Below, in pieces: positions 38,552 to 48,484 of a DNA stretch of 64,000 nucleotides. The first letter of the stretch is position 1, and each line of letters starts with the position of its first letter. The notes under the pieces are model-generated. The model was not told the origin of the DNA and ran no database searches. It worked only from the letters and a program-made list of their open reading frames with translations. The stretch is taken from positions 181,226 through 245,225 of IMG/VR virus record IMGVR_UViG_3300047095_000752; one strand, given 5' to 3'. The position numbers and the translations under genes were made by a program.

Positions 38552-38620
38552 GGTATTTCTCCCTACCACGTTACACATCCCACCACCATTTCACAATGAA
38601 ATTGGCTAGTGGTTTGTTTA

Positions 38621-38640
38621 CACTTCTCTATATATATAAT
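38621..38640 (-). promoter_or_regulatory. phage promoter class A
   Basis: ATTATATATAT AGAGAAG TG. Confidence 0.7.
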
Positions 38641-38674
38641 GAAATTTACTATATTACGAACAGTGTGTTATAAT

Positions 38675-38687
38675 GGACAAATGTATA
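38675..38687 (+). promoter_or_regulatory. phage promoter class B
   Basis: GGACAAATGTATA upstream of 38702. Confidence 0.6.
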
Positions 38688-38701
38688 AAAGGACCTAAAT
38701 A

Positions 38702-39112
38702 ATGAGTGCAGATCTACACGCAGAAATAAAACAAACCGTAAATTCTATCATTGAAGAAAAAATGGAAGGTATAGCCACCATGAGCGACCTTAATAATAGC
38801 ACTCGGGTATATGATAAATTAGATGAAATTTCAAATAAATTGTCATTATTAGTCAATGAATTATCCCAATTAAATCTACAAACTGTGACGGTAAACAATT
38901 TAACGACGACAAATACACAGTATCAACCACAATATATACCAATGGTTGAGGTACCAAAATCAAGCTCAAAAACTAAATCCAAGCCAGATGCGATATTTAT
39001 TCCAACTATAGATTCATCGAATATTGAAATGGTTAATAAAAATAAAAAATCAGTCGAATTATCCGGAGATGACTTTTTAAATACTTTAAACGCTTTAGAT
39101 AAATTGAAATAA
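38702..39112 (+). CDS. hypothetical protein
   Basis: 136-aa ORF after class B promoter. Confidence 0.6.
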   Translation: MSADLHAEIKQTVNSIIEEKMEGIATMSDLNNSTRVYDKLDEISNKLSLLVNELSQLNLQTVTVNNLTTTNTQYQPQYIPMVEVPKSSSKTKSKPDAIFIPTIDSSNIEMVNKNKKSVELSGDDFLNTLNALDKLK

Positions 39113-39122
39113 AGGACATTTG

Positions 39123-41720
39123 ATGCCATCATTAACATTTACACCAACAAGTGCCGTAGTGTCGGGTTCTGTAACGGCTCCAAATTCATCATGGACTAAC
39201 TTGTCTTATTTATATGATTTATCCGGGAGCCACACCCAAACTTCAATCACACTAGCACCGAACGCTGAGACCAATTATCTAATTATTAGTGGATTTGGAT
39301 CCGAGATCCCTGCTGGTACGACATTAACCGGTGTTCGATTTAATTTTGATGTATCTCTCGATTCAGTATCGGATAGTGAAAACGTGGCGGCTACCGAACT
39401 CTACCTTCAGATCAATGGTTCGGATTACGGACCAAACTTGGTGGCAACTGAAGGTTATCTAAATGATTTCGGTTATGGTAATGGGTCAGTTGGTGGTGGA
39501 GTTGGGGATTATATTGTAGATGGACTTAATTTAACTTTGGTTGAAAATTCCACATTTGGTATAAAATTAAAAATTAGAAATACAAACACAATAGAATATT
39601 ACAGAGCCTATATAAACTCTGTGTCATTAGAATTATTCCACTCAGAAGAACGTCCGAAATTCTTATATGAAGGGGATTCTACATCAGAAGTTCATATACA
39701 ATTACCATTATCGGATACCACATCAACTACAGTATTTCAAATATTACATGGCGCGGAAGACACCACATCACCCGGTACAAACTATAACTACTTCTGGGGA
39801 TTTGGATTCTCCGCTCCTAACCCAAATGATCCAGCCGTTGGTTACACACCTATAACTCAGATTCCCGGACACGGTAGTTATGATACCAACTATTTAGTTC
39901 CGACCTATGGAACAAGTTTAGATTCAACTGAGTATTGTTGTTATAATATAACAGACCATACAATGGCGTATGACACAGCCGGTCTTGTTGTGGGTGAAAC
40001 TTATCGTAGATCCCTTGATTTGATAAATATTAGATTACCGATTATAACAATTTATGGTCAATTATACGATTCACTTTATTTTAACATCGAAATAATTCCA
40101 GAAGCAGATCAACTACCACACTTTATTTATAATGGCGACTCAACATCTGAAGTAACAGTTACATTAGATAAAAAAGTAGGAGCTACAAATCCAACTACAA
40201 ACTTTTTAATACACCACGGTCCAGATCCCGACATAATTACTCGTAATCCGGATTTAATATTATCTTATAAAACATATAGTATGTATACTGATGTAGATTC
40301 GACTTCACTGGAACCGGTATATGATTTTGATACTTCTTCAATTGGTTCTGGAATTGGTGTATATCCAAACAACTTCTTAAATACATCTCAGGTTAGTATT
40401 GTTAGAGGTGTAAGTGAATTATGGGGTTCAAGTACTGATACAACACACACAATGGCGTATAACGTATCAAGTTTAGTAGCGGGAAATACATATAGACGCG
40501 CACATGTTTTGTGGTATGAGGCAACGGATGCAAGTGGAGTCGTGTATGATTCTGGTATTTATGACACTCTGTATTTTAATGTAGATTTTGTTGATACCAC
40601 GGTTCCGCAATTAATTGAACCTTATATTATTTATAATGGGTTTACTAATTTAGATGCAAATATTGTAATTGACTTGAATCCAACTGCAACTATACCAACA
40701 ACTAACTTTGAAGTATATCATGGTGATATTGTAGAACCTTCAGATGGAGACGATTTAATATATTATCAGATAGGTGGATTTTATACTTCACCTTTAGGTA
40801 ATGATACAACATCCGTCTACACACCGTCTGATTACACAGGTAGTTATACAATTGGTACTTATAATGTCAATTACTTAGATTTAACCGGAGTAACATGGGA
40901 CCAAACTTCCGGGGTTTACCAAAGTCATACAACAACAAGTCATACTATGGGATATGACGTATCAGGTTTAATTGCAGGAGAAGTATATCGTCGAGGTGTT
41001 GCTCTAACTTATTATGATACCGATACAAGTGGTGATACTTCGTCTGGAGCTTTAAGAAAAAGTATTTATGATGTATTGTATTTTAACTTAAATGTAATCG
41101 ACACGAGTCCCGCTCCATTAGCATATCCATATTATGTGTACAGCGCAGATCCGTACCCAGACGGCGAACCCGTTGATCCTGATGGTCCCGACGGTCCTTT
41201 ACTTGAGCCAGATTATATTGGGGATTCGACATCTGAAATTAATATAAGCATGTATCCATACGATTCAACTACAATTACATTTGGTATTAAGCACGATATT
41301 GCTTCATTGCCTCCGGGTGTACATGATATGGTAGATATATTTTCTTATATTTACGATATTGGTAGAGACACAAGTGATGCTGTTATATCCCCAAGTTGGA
41401 CTTCACTTGATCCCACCCGAGAAGTTGAATCTGGTATTTACGATAATAGACCAAAAGATAATTATTTTGGTTCTGGCAATTTGGAATTAATTGAATTAAC
41501 AATATCACCATTTGTCTTGGGTGGGGAGTTATTAGAACCCGGAACTTATAGATTGTATTTATCATTAACTTTAATGGGTTATTCATATTCTATAGATCCC
41601 GAAGATTTAGTACCAGATGAAACAAATTCGTTTTACGAAATGGATAGATTGTATATTAACTTAACAATTCTTCCAAAAATATTTAGACACACAGGTACAT
41701 ATTCAAATTCAATTGTATAA
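39123..41720 (+). CDS. large acidic Thr/Ser/Tyr-rich protein with four ~160-aa repeats; probable virion surface protein
   Basis: repeats begin P.F.Y.GDSTSEV and end YD.LYFN. Confidence 0.65.
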   Translation: MPSLTFTPTSAVVSGSVTAPNSSWTNLSYLYDLSGSHTQTSITLAPNAETNYLIISGFGSEIPAGTTLTGVRFNFDVSLDSVSDSENVAATELYLQINGSDYGPNLVATEGYLNDFGYGNGSVGGGVGDYIVDGLNLTLVENSTFGIKLKIRNTNTIEYYRAYINSVSLELFHSEERPKFLYEGDSTSEVHIQLPLSDTTSTTVFQILHGAEDTTSPGTNYNYFWGFGFSAPNPNDPAVGYTPITQIPGHGSYDTNYLVPTYGTSLDSTEYCCYNITDHTMAYDTAGLVVGETYRRSLDLINIRLPIITIYGQLYDSLYFNIEIIPEADQLPHFIYNGDSTSEVTVTLDKKVGATNPTTNFLIHHGPDPDIITRNPDLILSYKTYSMYTDVDSTSLEPVYDFDTSSIGSGIGVYPNNFLNTSQVSIVRGVSELWGSSTDTTHTMAYNVSSLVAGNTYRRAHVLWYEATDASGVVYDSGIYDTLYFNVDFVDTTVPQLIEPYIIYNGFTNLDANIVIDLNPTATIPTTNFEVYHGDIVEPSDGDDLIYYQIGGFYTSPLGNDTTSVYTPSDYTGSYTIGTYNVNYLDLTGVTWDQTSGVYQSHTTTSHTMGYDVSGLIAGEVYRRGVALTYYDTDTSGDTSSGALRKSIYDVLYFNLNVIDTSPAPLAYPYYVYSADPYPDGEPVDPDGPDGPLLEPDYIGDSTSEINISMYPYDSTTITFGIKHDIASLPPGVHDMVDIFSYIYDIGRDTSDAVISPSWTSLDPTREVESGIYDNRPKDNYFGSGNLELIELTISPFVLGGELLEPGTYRLYLSLTLMGYSYSIDPEDLVPDETNSFYEMDRLYINLTILPKIFRHTGTYSNSIV

Positions 41721-41762
41721 TTAATAATGATATGGTACAATTGATGTAACGAGGATTCAATC

Positions 41763-41993
41763 ATGGCTTACACATTCGAACAAATTGTCAAAGGAACTAT
41801 AGGTATAATTTCAAGTTATATTCCGGGTAAACATAAAGTGGAGCCGGAAGTAGCAACGAGCCGCCTTAAGTTATGTTCGGATTGTGACCATATGAAAGAA
41901 AATCGTGGAAATTTTAAATGTGGTATTTGTGGATGTTATCTAAAATCTAAAGTTGTATTAAAAATAGAAAAGTGCCCTATAAATAAGTGGTGA
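41763..41993 (+). CDS. small Cys-rich protein (DUF6171-like)
   Basis: RLKLCSDC...CGICGCYL..K....EKCPINKW. Confidence 0.7.
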   Translation: MAYTFEQIVKGTIGIISSYIPGKHKVEPEVATSRLKLCSDCDHMKENRGNFKCGICGCYLKSKVVLKIEKCPINKW

Positions 41994-42037
41994 AAATTTT
42001 AGTTGACATCATAATTTAAATATGATATTATATTTTC

Positions 42038-42126
42038 GAAGTGAGCCGCGAGCCTAGTACTCATGGGACTTCGCCTCATAAACCCCGTTCCACTGTCTGC
42101 AGACCTTGTAACGGGGTTTATTTTTT
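42038..42126 (+). ncRNA. candidate ~90-nt small RNA or attenuator
   Basis: TTGACA-17-TATTAT promoter (42003-42031), GC-rich structured body, AAACCCCGTT/AACGGGGTTT terminator. Confidence 0.5.
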
Positions 42127-42146
42127 ATTATATATATTCAATATTG
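42127..42146 (+). promoter_or_regulatory. phage promoter class A
   Basis: ATTATATATAT TCAATAT TG directly after a terminator. Confidence 0.7.
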
Positions 42147-42185
42147 TATACGAAACCCTCAACCAGAACGGGAGTAAACAATATT

Positions 42186-42458
42186 ATGCCAACACCGAAT
42201 GAACAAGATCTGATCATATTTATGCATGAGTTCAACACCATTAACCATGAGATTATAAGCGCTATGGAACGGCGTACGTTTAGCATGGTTAAGATTACAG
42301 GTAACGGAGGAAACGTTACGGATCCCGCCACCCTAATCGTCGATGCTAAAAACATCGTCAAACAGACGGATCGCATCGGGGAATACAAACAAGAATTGGG
42401 AATCCTCAAAAATCGCTACGAGCGGTTCCTCACCGACAAAGGAATTGTAAATGCCTAG
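42186..42458 (+). CDS. hypothetical protein
   Basis: GGGAG RBS, ATG 42186. Confidence 0.6.
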   Translation: MPTPNEQDLIIFMHEFNTINHEIISAMERRTFSMVKITGNGGNVTDPATLIVDAKNIVKQTDRIGEYKQELGILKNRYERFLTDKGIVNA

Positions 42459-42648
42459 ACACTTGTCGCGGGAACAGCGAAAAGAAGTGGACCACATATT
42501 GGAACGGGTATACATTCTTAAATCGCTGACCGAGCAGGTGGATGAGTATACCCAACATATCAAGGAATTAAACCCGAGAAAGGTAGCCATAAGGGCTGAA
42601 CTCAAGGGTTTAATCAAATCATTACAAAACTTAGAATTCAACTTATAG
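42451..42648 (+). CDS. small coiled-coil protein
   Basis: coupled; terminator at 42645-42676. Confidence 0.55.
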   Translation: MPRHLSREQRKEVDHILERVYILKSLTEQVDEYTQHIKELNPRKVAIRAELKGLIKSLQNLEFNL

Positions 42649-42756
42649 GGGCTAACACCCCCTTTATTTTTTTTTGTTTAATTAATTTACGGTTGACAAA
42701 TTTATAGAATATATGGTAGTATTTATTATATATTTTAACTTGAAGGATACTAAATA

Positions 42757-43833
42757 ATGAGTAAAGAAAAGACTGAGAATAGCTATATGATCGCCGGATG
42801 CGATGTAGGTACCGGGAATCTTGTTTTTGCAAAAATAAATAAAGATAATAAAGTTGAAGTTAATTCAATTCGTGATATGTTTATTTACGTCGAAGATGAT
42901 CACATTTCTTCCTCGGAAATGGCTAGCTCAAAGCTGGACTATATCACCCAAAATGATGATAATGGCGATCCAGAATGGCACGCTGTAGTTGGGGACGATG
43001 CATTAAAACTTGCAAATATTTTTAATTCTAAGATTAATCGCCCAATGTCCAAGGGTATGCTTAGTCCACATGAAGTAAATGCGTCTCCTATTATTACAGC
43101 CATGCTTAAAAATATTATTGGAGAAGATGTTAATGGTGGACACGTTGTATTTAGTGTTCCTTCCCAGCCATGCGATACCGGTGAAGTTGCCCCATTGCAT
43201 TTCCACACGGAGGTATTTAAACAGATCTTTAAGAATATTGGATTTACCGAAGTTGTTCCGCTTAATGAAGCTCAGAGTGTGGTATTTTCAGAATGTGGAT
43301 CTGAGAATTTCACTGCATTGAGTGCCTCATGGGGCGCAGGGCAGGTTAATATAGCACTCACATTCAAAGGATCACTATTGTTTTCATTTAGTATTGGTCG
43401 TAGCGGTGATTGGATCGATGAGTATGCTGGATCTGCAACTGGATTGATCCCAAATAAAATTACATCGATTAAAGAAAAACCTGATATGAATATTAAAAAT
43501 CCAGTTACAGCGGCTACTCCCAAAAAGGAAAGAGTAGCGCGGCAAGCAATTGGATTCGCTTATCAACAACTGATTGCTTATGTTGTAGAACATATTGACG
43601 AGCAATTTAAAGCTCACGCTGATAATATTGATCTTGACGAACCAATTCCATTTGTACATGCAGGTGGTACTAGCCTTATTCCCGGATTTATTGATGCATT
43701 TACTGAGAAGTTTAATGAACTAAAAGAATTTCCAGTTGAGATCAGTGAAATTCGACAAGCTAAGGATCCCCTTAGCGCGATCAGTGTCGGATGTTTGACC
43801 TATTCACAATGGCTTCAAAATAAGAAGAGTTAA
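42757..43833 (+). CDS. actin-fold ATPase (MreB/FtsA/ParM superfamily)
   Basis: GCDVGTGN (phosphate 1), NEA (connect 1), SWGAGQVN (phosphate 2), AGGTSLIPGF (adenosine), DPLSAISVG (connect 2). Confidence 0.85.
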   Translation: MSKEKTENSYMIAGCDVGTGNLVFAKINKDNKVEVNSIRDMFIYVEDDHISSSEMASSKLDYITQNDDNGDPEWHAVVGDDALKLANIFNSKINRPMSKGMLSPHEVNASPIITAMLKNIIGEDVNGGHVVFSVPSQPCDTGEVAPLHFHTEVFKQIFKNIGFTEVVPLNEAQSVVFSECGSENFTALSASWGAGQVNIALTFKGSLLFSFSIGRSGDWIDEYAGSATGLIPNKITSIKEKPDMNIKNPVTAATPKKERVARQAIGFAYQQLIAYVVEHIDEQFKAHADNIDLDEPIPFVHAGGTSLIPGFIDAFTEKFNELKEFPVEISEIRQAKDPLSAISVGCLTYSQWLQNKKS

Positions 43834-43837
43834 TATT

Positions 43838-44782
43838 ATGCCCGCAAAATTAACTCATGACTTTGTGAACTCTTATTATAGAGATCATGGATATACATTA
43901 GATTCCACATATAATGGAAATAAGAATAAAGATGACCTGATATGCCAAGAGGGACATAAAACTAAAATATGTTTTGATAAATTTAAAAACCGTGGTGATC
44001 GATGTTCCGAATGTTCTGGTAACGAAAAATGGACATATGAAGAAGTATACAAAGCCTTCAAAGATAAAGGTTGTGAATTATTAGAAACAGAATATATTAA
44101 TAATCAAACAAAAATGAAATACAAATGTAAATGCGGGAATGGAAGTTCAATAACATTAGGTAATTTTAATTCAGGGCATAAATGCTCAAAATGTGGCGGC
44201 AACGAAAAATTAAAATATGAAACTGTCTACAAAGCCTTCAAAGATCAAGGTTGTGAATTGTTAGAAACAGAATATATTAATACACTTACTAAAATGAGAT
44301 ACAGGTGTGAATGTGGTAATGAATCCATCAGTTCGTATAATAATTTTCGGAGTGGTAATAGGTGTAAGGAATGTGGGTTATTAAAAAGGACTGGCGCGAA
44401 TCACCCAAGATTTAAAAAAGATAGAACTAGAATGGATCGAACTAAAATACTATCGTTTGATTATAGAAAACTCCACATCTTAAATGACGATCCCAATTAT
44501 GCAAATCACGTCCAATCCAAAAATGTCGCCAAGACATCGGGTAATAGATGGGATATATCTGATTATACCGTCGATCATATACAACCAAGAATTGCCTTTA
44601 TTGATAATGATCTTGACATTAAATACGATTTAAAAATAATTAAAGAAATCTGTAACCTACGAGAAAACTTAAGAATAATACCTCAAAAAGAAAATGGATC
44701 TAAAGCCGGTAAATACAACCAAGAAGAGTTCATGGCTTGGTTCAATGAAAAGATAAATGTATATAACTTAAAGGAAATATAA
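43838..44782 (+). CDS. Zn-ribbon-repeat HNH endonuclease
   Basis: three C.LLETEYIN...KM.Y.C.CG...G.(R/K)C..C repeats; VDHIQP...NL...N..K. Confidence 0.75.
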   Translation: MPAKLTHDFVNSYYRDHGYTLDSTYNGNKNKDDLICQEGHKTKICFDKFKNRGDRCSECSGNEKWTYEEVYKAFKDKGCELLETEYINNQTKMKYKCKCGNGSSITLGNFNSGHKCSKCGGNEKLKYETVYKAFKDQGCELLETEYINTLTKMRYRCECGNESISSYNNFRSGNRCKECGLLKRTGANHPRFKKDRTRMDRTKILSFDYRKLHILNDDPNYANHVQSKNVAKTSGNRWDISDYTVDHIQPRIAFIDNDLDIKYDLKIIKEICNLRENLRIIPQKENGSKAGKYNQEEFMAWFNEKINVYNLKEI

Positions 44783-47101
44783 ATGCAAATTGTAAAGACT
44801 ATGCAATTGACAAATCAGTGGGTTGTTGTGATAATCAACTCCATGCAGGATGTGGTTAATGAAATTGGTAGATTATCGGGTAGTTCAACATACCTGAATA
44901 ATGTTAATCTATGGGCAAGTACTAGATATACAGCGACACCAAACTACAATGCCCGTAACGCCTTCCGTACCGTCAGAGACCAATACATTGCCCAAGCCCG
45001 TATCAATGTAGGTGAACAAGCATTAGACGACGCCACATCATTCACACCAAATCCCCTAGAACAAGGCCGGGTACTCGTTGGAATCAATGAGGATATTACA
45101 ACTGGCGGCCCTCTTGTCGAATACGTACATTACTGTTACTTGAAGGTACCACTTGATACAACTTCAATCTCCGTATTCGGACAAACAACCTCCGTAATCC
45201 TGAATGATGACCAAATCTCCAGAGCAATCAAGATAAATCAGGTAGGCTATCTGCCCTCATCACCAAAGAAGTATGCCTATATAGGAGCGCACATTTATGA
45301 TCACGGTCCGCTTACCATCGATGCGACAAGTTTTACTATTCATGATAGTAGCTCAAACGCAACTGTGTATACCGGATCGGTCACACTAAGAGATTCAAAT
45401 ACAATTCTTGCAAGTGGAAAACCATTGACGGGTGAAAACGTCTATCAGATGGACCTCTCGGATTTTTCAGGTATTGGTGAATTTTACATTAAAGTTCCCG
45501 GCGTGGGAAGATCTTGGAATTTCAAACACACACTCGATGTTTATGGGGAAGTATTCTACACTACAACCCGTGGTCTTTATCATCAACGTTGTGGATTACC
45601 TCTAAAAGCTCCTTATACTAATTGGCTACGCCCAACCTGCCATACGAAACCAGTCAAGGAATCTAAATTCGTTTCGTTCCCAAGTCAATTTACAGATCGT
45701 CCCGCTAACTATGAACGGTTTGATGTTTACGGTGCGACCACAGATCATAGCTCATTCAACGTGACCGCAGCGGGCGGCTGGCATGACGCGGCAGACTGGG
45801 ATCGTAATACTCAGCACTACACTTGTGTTTTTGATCTTCTTTACGCTTATGAAATGGATCCTGATAAATTCACTTCAAATCAATTAAATATCCCGGAATC
45901 ACCAACCGCTTACCCAGATATATTGAAAGAGGCGGAATACGGTTTACAGTGTTGGAAGAGATCTATGGACTCGCGGGGCGGAGTTTCCGGGATGATCGAG
46001 ACGAATACGCATCCGACACGCGGAGTTGACGGCAATTACGCATACTCGGTTAGAACTCGCTGGGATTCACTACTATTAGCCGCCGCAGCAGCCATGATGG
46101 CGGAATTAATCGCGCCATTTGACATGGCTAAATCGAATACTTGGAAATGGTATGCTATTAAAAGTTATAACTTCGGAAACAATCCCGCTAATAGCTTAGG
46201 AACTGTGACAATCCCCGCGAAGACGAACCGAGGACTTGGTACATCTTACACCTATACCTTCACGGAAAAAGACACGCATATTGAACCGCTCCTTGCTCAC
46301 GCTAAATCCAGATTGTATAAGTTAACAAGCGATTCCACCTATCTAACTGGACTTGATACTTTAATTGGAAAATTAAGAGCACCATTTAAATGGCCATATA
46401 CAAATCGTGATTACAGCGGATGGATTAACTATAGTTGTCTCGATCACGTGTCAAATCCAACTACCAAAGCTAATTATATTAAACTTTGGTTTACAAATTA
46501 TGCTGATGCGTTACTACCCCACGTTGCAGCCCAGCCTTATAGATGTACTTGGCCAGTTACAAAAGACTTCTGGTTGGATTGGGGAGCGAGTTGCATGACC
46601 AATGAGAACAGATCCCTGCTACTTTCATACAAACTCACGACTCAATCCAAGTATTTAGAAGCTGCAATTTTAAACATGGACTATATGCTCGGCGCAAATC
46701 CACAGGGTATGGTATACACAACTGGTTTAGGGCAGTCGTATCCTGCAATTTTACAGCACGAAACGAGTCAGTTTGATGGCATCGATGATCCAGTACCCGG
46801 AATTGCCTTGTACGGTCAAACCGGCGGCTCACACAACACACTACGCACAACAGTCTGGCAATCCCCTTCTCCGACGGGACAGGTGGAATTCAAGACGCCC
46901 GTTGTTCCTTTATGGAGATCTTGGTCCGCTCACCCAACCTTAAATACAAGACAGTGTGAATTTACGATCCAAGAAACAATGTCCTGCAATATCTTCTCGG
47001 CTGCAGCCTTAATGTCGGAGGGGTGGAGTCCTTCAAATACACTTAAAACCAAGACTCCAAAGACACTGGCGAATTTACCCGGATATTATTACTTACCGTA
47101 A
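44783..47101 (+). CDS. glycoside hydrolase family 9 with Ig-like CelD_N domain
   Basis: INQVGYLP, LYHQRCG, GGWHDAAD, DYMLGANPQGMVYTTGLG, CEFTI catalytic Glu. Confidence 0.88.
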   Translation: MQIVKTMQLTNQWVVVIINSMQDVVNEIGRLSGSSTYLNNVNLWASTRYTATPNYNARNAFRTVRDQYIAQARINVGEQALDDATSFTPNPLEQGRVLVGINEDITTGGPLVEYVHYCYLKVPLDTTSISVFGQTTSVILNDDQISRAIKINQVGYLPSSPKKYAYIGAHIYDHGPLTIDATSFTIHDSSSNATVYTGSVTLRDSNTILASGKPLTGENVYQMDLSDFSGIGEFYIKVPGVGRSWNFKHTLDVYGEVFYTTTRGLYHQRCGLPLKAPYTNWLRPTCHTKPVKESKFVSFPSQFTDRPANYERFDVYGATTDHSSFNVTAAGGWHDAADWDRNTQHYTCVFDLLYAYEMDPDKFTSNQLNIPESPTAYPDILKEAEYGLQCWKRSMDSRGGVSGMIETNTHPTRGVDGNYAYSVRTRWDSLLLAAAAAMMAELIAPFDMAKSNTWKWYAIKSYNFGNNPANSLGTVTIPAKTNRGLGTSYTYTFTEKDTHIEPLLAHAKSRLYKLTSDSTYLTGLDTLIGKLRAPFKWPYTNRDYSGWINYSCLDHVSNPTTKANYIKLWFTNYADALLPHVAAQPYRCTWPVTKDFWLDWGASCMTNENRSLLLSYKLTTQSKYLEAAILNMDYMLGANPQGMVYTTGLGQSYPAILQHETSQFDGIDDPVPGIALYGQTGGSHNTLRTTVWQSPSPTGQVEFKTPVVPLWRSWSAHPTLNTRQCEFTIQETMSCNIFSAAALMSEGWSPSNTLKTKTPKTLANLPGYYYLP

Positions 47102-47130
47102 AGTTATTAAATTCAAGTGTTATCATACAT

Positions 47131-47159
47131 TTGCCTTAACTCAGTTTCAATGGTATAAT
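47131..47159 (+). promoter_or_regulatory. sigma70-type promoter
   Basis: TTGCCT-17-TATAAT with TG extension. Confidence 0.6.
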
Positions 47160-47191
47160 CAATGTGAACTTAAACCAAGGAGAGACCTATT

Positions 47192-47932
47192 ATGTTCAAG
47201 TTAATTCGCAAATATATTGACTTCATATTCAAGACCGACCTAAAAAATTATGACAAGGATTATCGAGATTATTGTGGCGATATCGATCTGTATGAAAGTT
47301 GTTCTCGTGATCCATTTGTATTTATGAAGAAATATTTTCAAGATAACTTATTAATTAATATCTCTCTTTTGGATATGGATCACCTGCAATTATTGATTTT
47401 AGACGCATTTGTGAATAAACAAAAAATCATTGTAAAAGCTAAAAATTATAACCACACGACGCAGGTTCAAATCATCCTCACAGCTTGGTTGATGATTTTC
47501 TATCCAAATACTAAAATTGGTGTAATTGTACCTAATCAAATATTAGCTAAAAAATACATTGCGGATTTACAAAATGCTTTTAATTATATTAAAAAGGAAT
47601 ATTATGGGGACGCTTTTTTTGAAGTGACCGCCCAATCAATAACACTCACTAACAATTCACATTGTACAGTAAAGTCTTCTCGCGATGTCGATCTCAATGG
47701 TTTATTTCGTGGTATTACCTTGGATTGTATTTTTTACAATGATGTAAACCGACTTCAGTGCGTTGAAGAAATATACGACCTCTTCAAGAAGCAATATAAC
47801 CCAGAATACGTATTTATGTTCAACACAGACTCTAAGGAAATGCCCTATCATATTAATCCTAAGTCTAATGTATGGTTTGATGCTAAATTTAATTCAAATT
47901 CAGAATTATATCCTACAACCATACAAAAATAA
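47192..47932 (+). CDS. degenerate large-terminase (gp17-like) ATPase domain, catalytic motifs lost
   Basis: C.RDP..F.K.Y, IIVK, AWLMIFYPN.KI, I.L.N.S, RG.TLDCIF; Walker A reads AKNYNHTT and Walker B reads YND. Confidence 0.65.
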   Translation: MFKLIRKYIDFIFKTDLKNYDKDYRDYCGDIDLYESCSRDPFVFMKKYFQDNLLINISLLDMDHLQLLILDAFVNKQKIIVKAKNYNHTTQVQIILTAWLMIFYPNTKIGVIVPNQILAKKYIADLQNAFNYIKKEYYGDAFFEVTAQSITLTNNSHCTVKSSRDVDLNGLFRGITLDCIFYNDVNRLQCVEEIYDLFKKQYNPEYVFMFNTDSKEMPYHINPKSNVWFDAKFNSNSELYPTTIQK

Positions 47933-47972
47933 TATTATCGACAAATATGTATAAACATTAGGATTTGATATT

Positions 47973-48467
47973 ATGAACCAATTGAATAAAAATATTAAGC
48001 AACTTCGAGAAGATATAATCGAATTTGTAATTGATAAATCTGTAGACCTCGGGCTTGATGCTGCTCGTAAGGCGAAGGATAAAACCGTTGAAGTTATCAA
48101 GAAACAAGACTACACGGCAATTAAATTATCAATACAAGATATAATAAATGATGCGTTATGGAGGCATAAATCTAAGACTCAGCAATGTAATGATTTAAAA
48201 GACGACATCCAATATTATGTTTGTAAGAAAAGTATAGCTTATATGCAAATTAAGGAACTCCAGAACTCCGTGGGTAATTGTCGGAGAAATGAAAATCCGG
48301 TATTATGCCGTACAAGAGTATTAGAAAAAATTGTAGAAAAAAAGAATTTCATACTAAAATGCGAACAGCAAATAAATGAAATTAAAGTTGAAAATATAAA
48401 ATTAGACAATGCTCGTAGTCCGGGTAAAACATACTGGGGAAATGAGTACAAATCACTGGACGATTAA
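47973..48467 (+). CDS. hypothetical protein
   Basis: class B-like CGACAAAT at 47939. Confidence 0.55.
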   Translation: MNQLNKNIKQLREDIIEFVIDKSVDLGLDAARKAKDKTVEVIKKQDYTAIKLSIQDIINDALWRHKSKTQQCNDLKDDIQYYVCKKSIAYMQIKELQNSVGNCRRNENPVLCRTRVLEKIVEKKNFILKCEQQINEIKVENIKLDNARSPGKTYWGNEYKSLDD

Positions 48468-48484
48468 GACAATCGTATGGTATA

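Noticed and set aside
37788-38599. Long plus-strand ORFs (37915-38337, 38045-38599), and similar ones at 14037-14579 and 25107-25418
   Set aside because: Shadow frames of GC-rich minus-strand genes, which have the RBS, promoter and terminator
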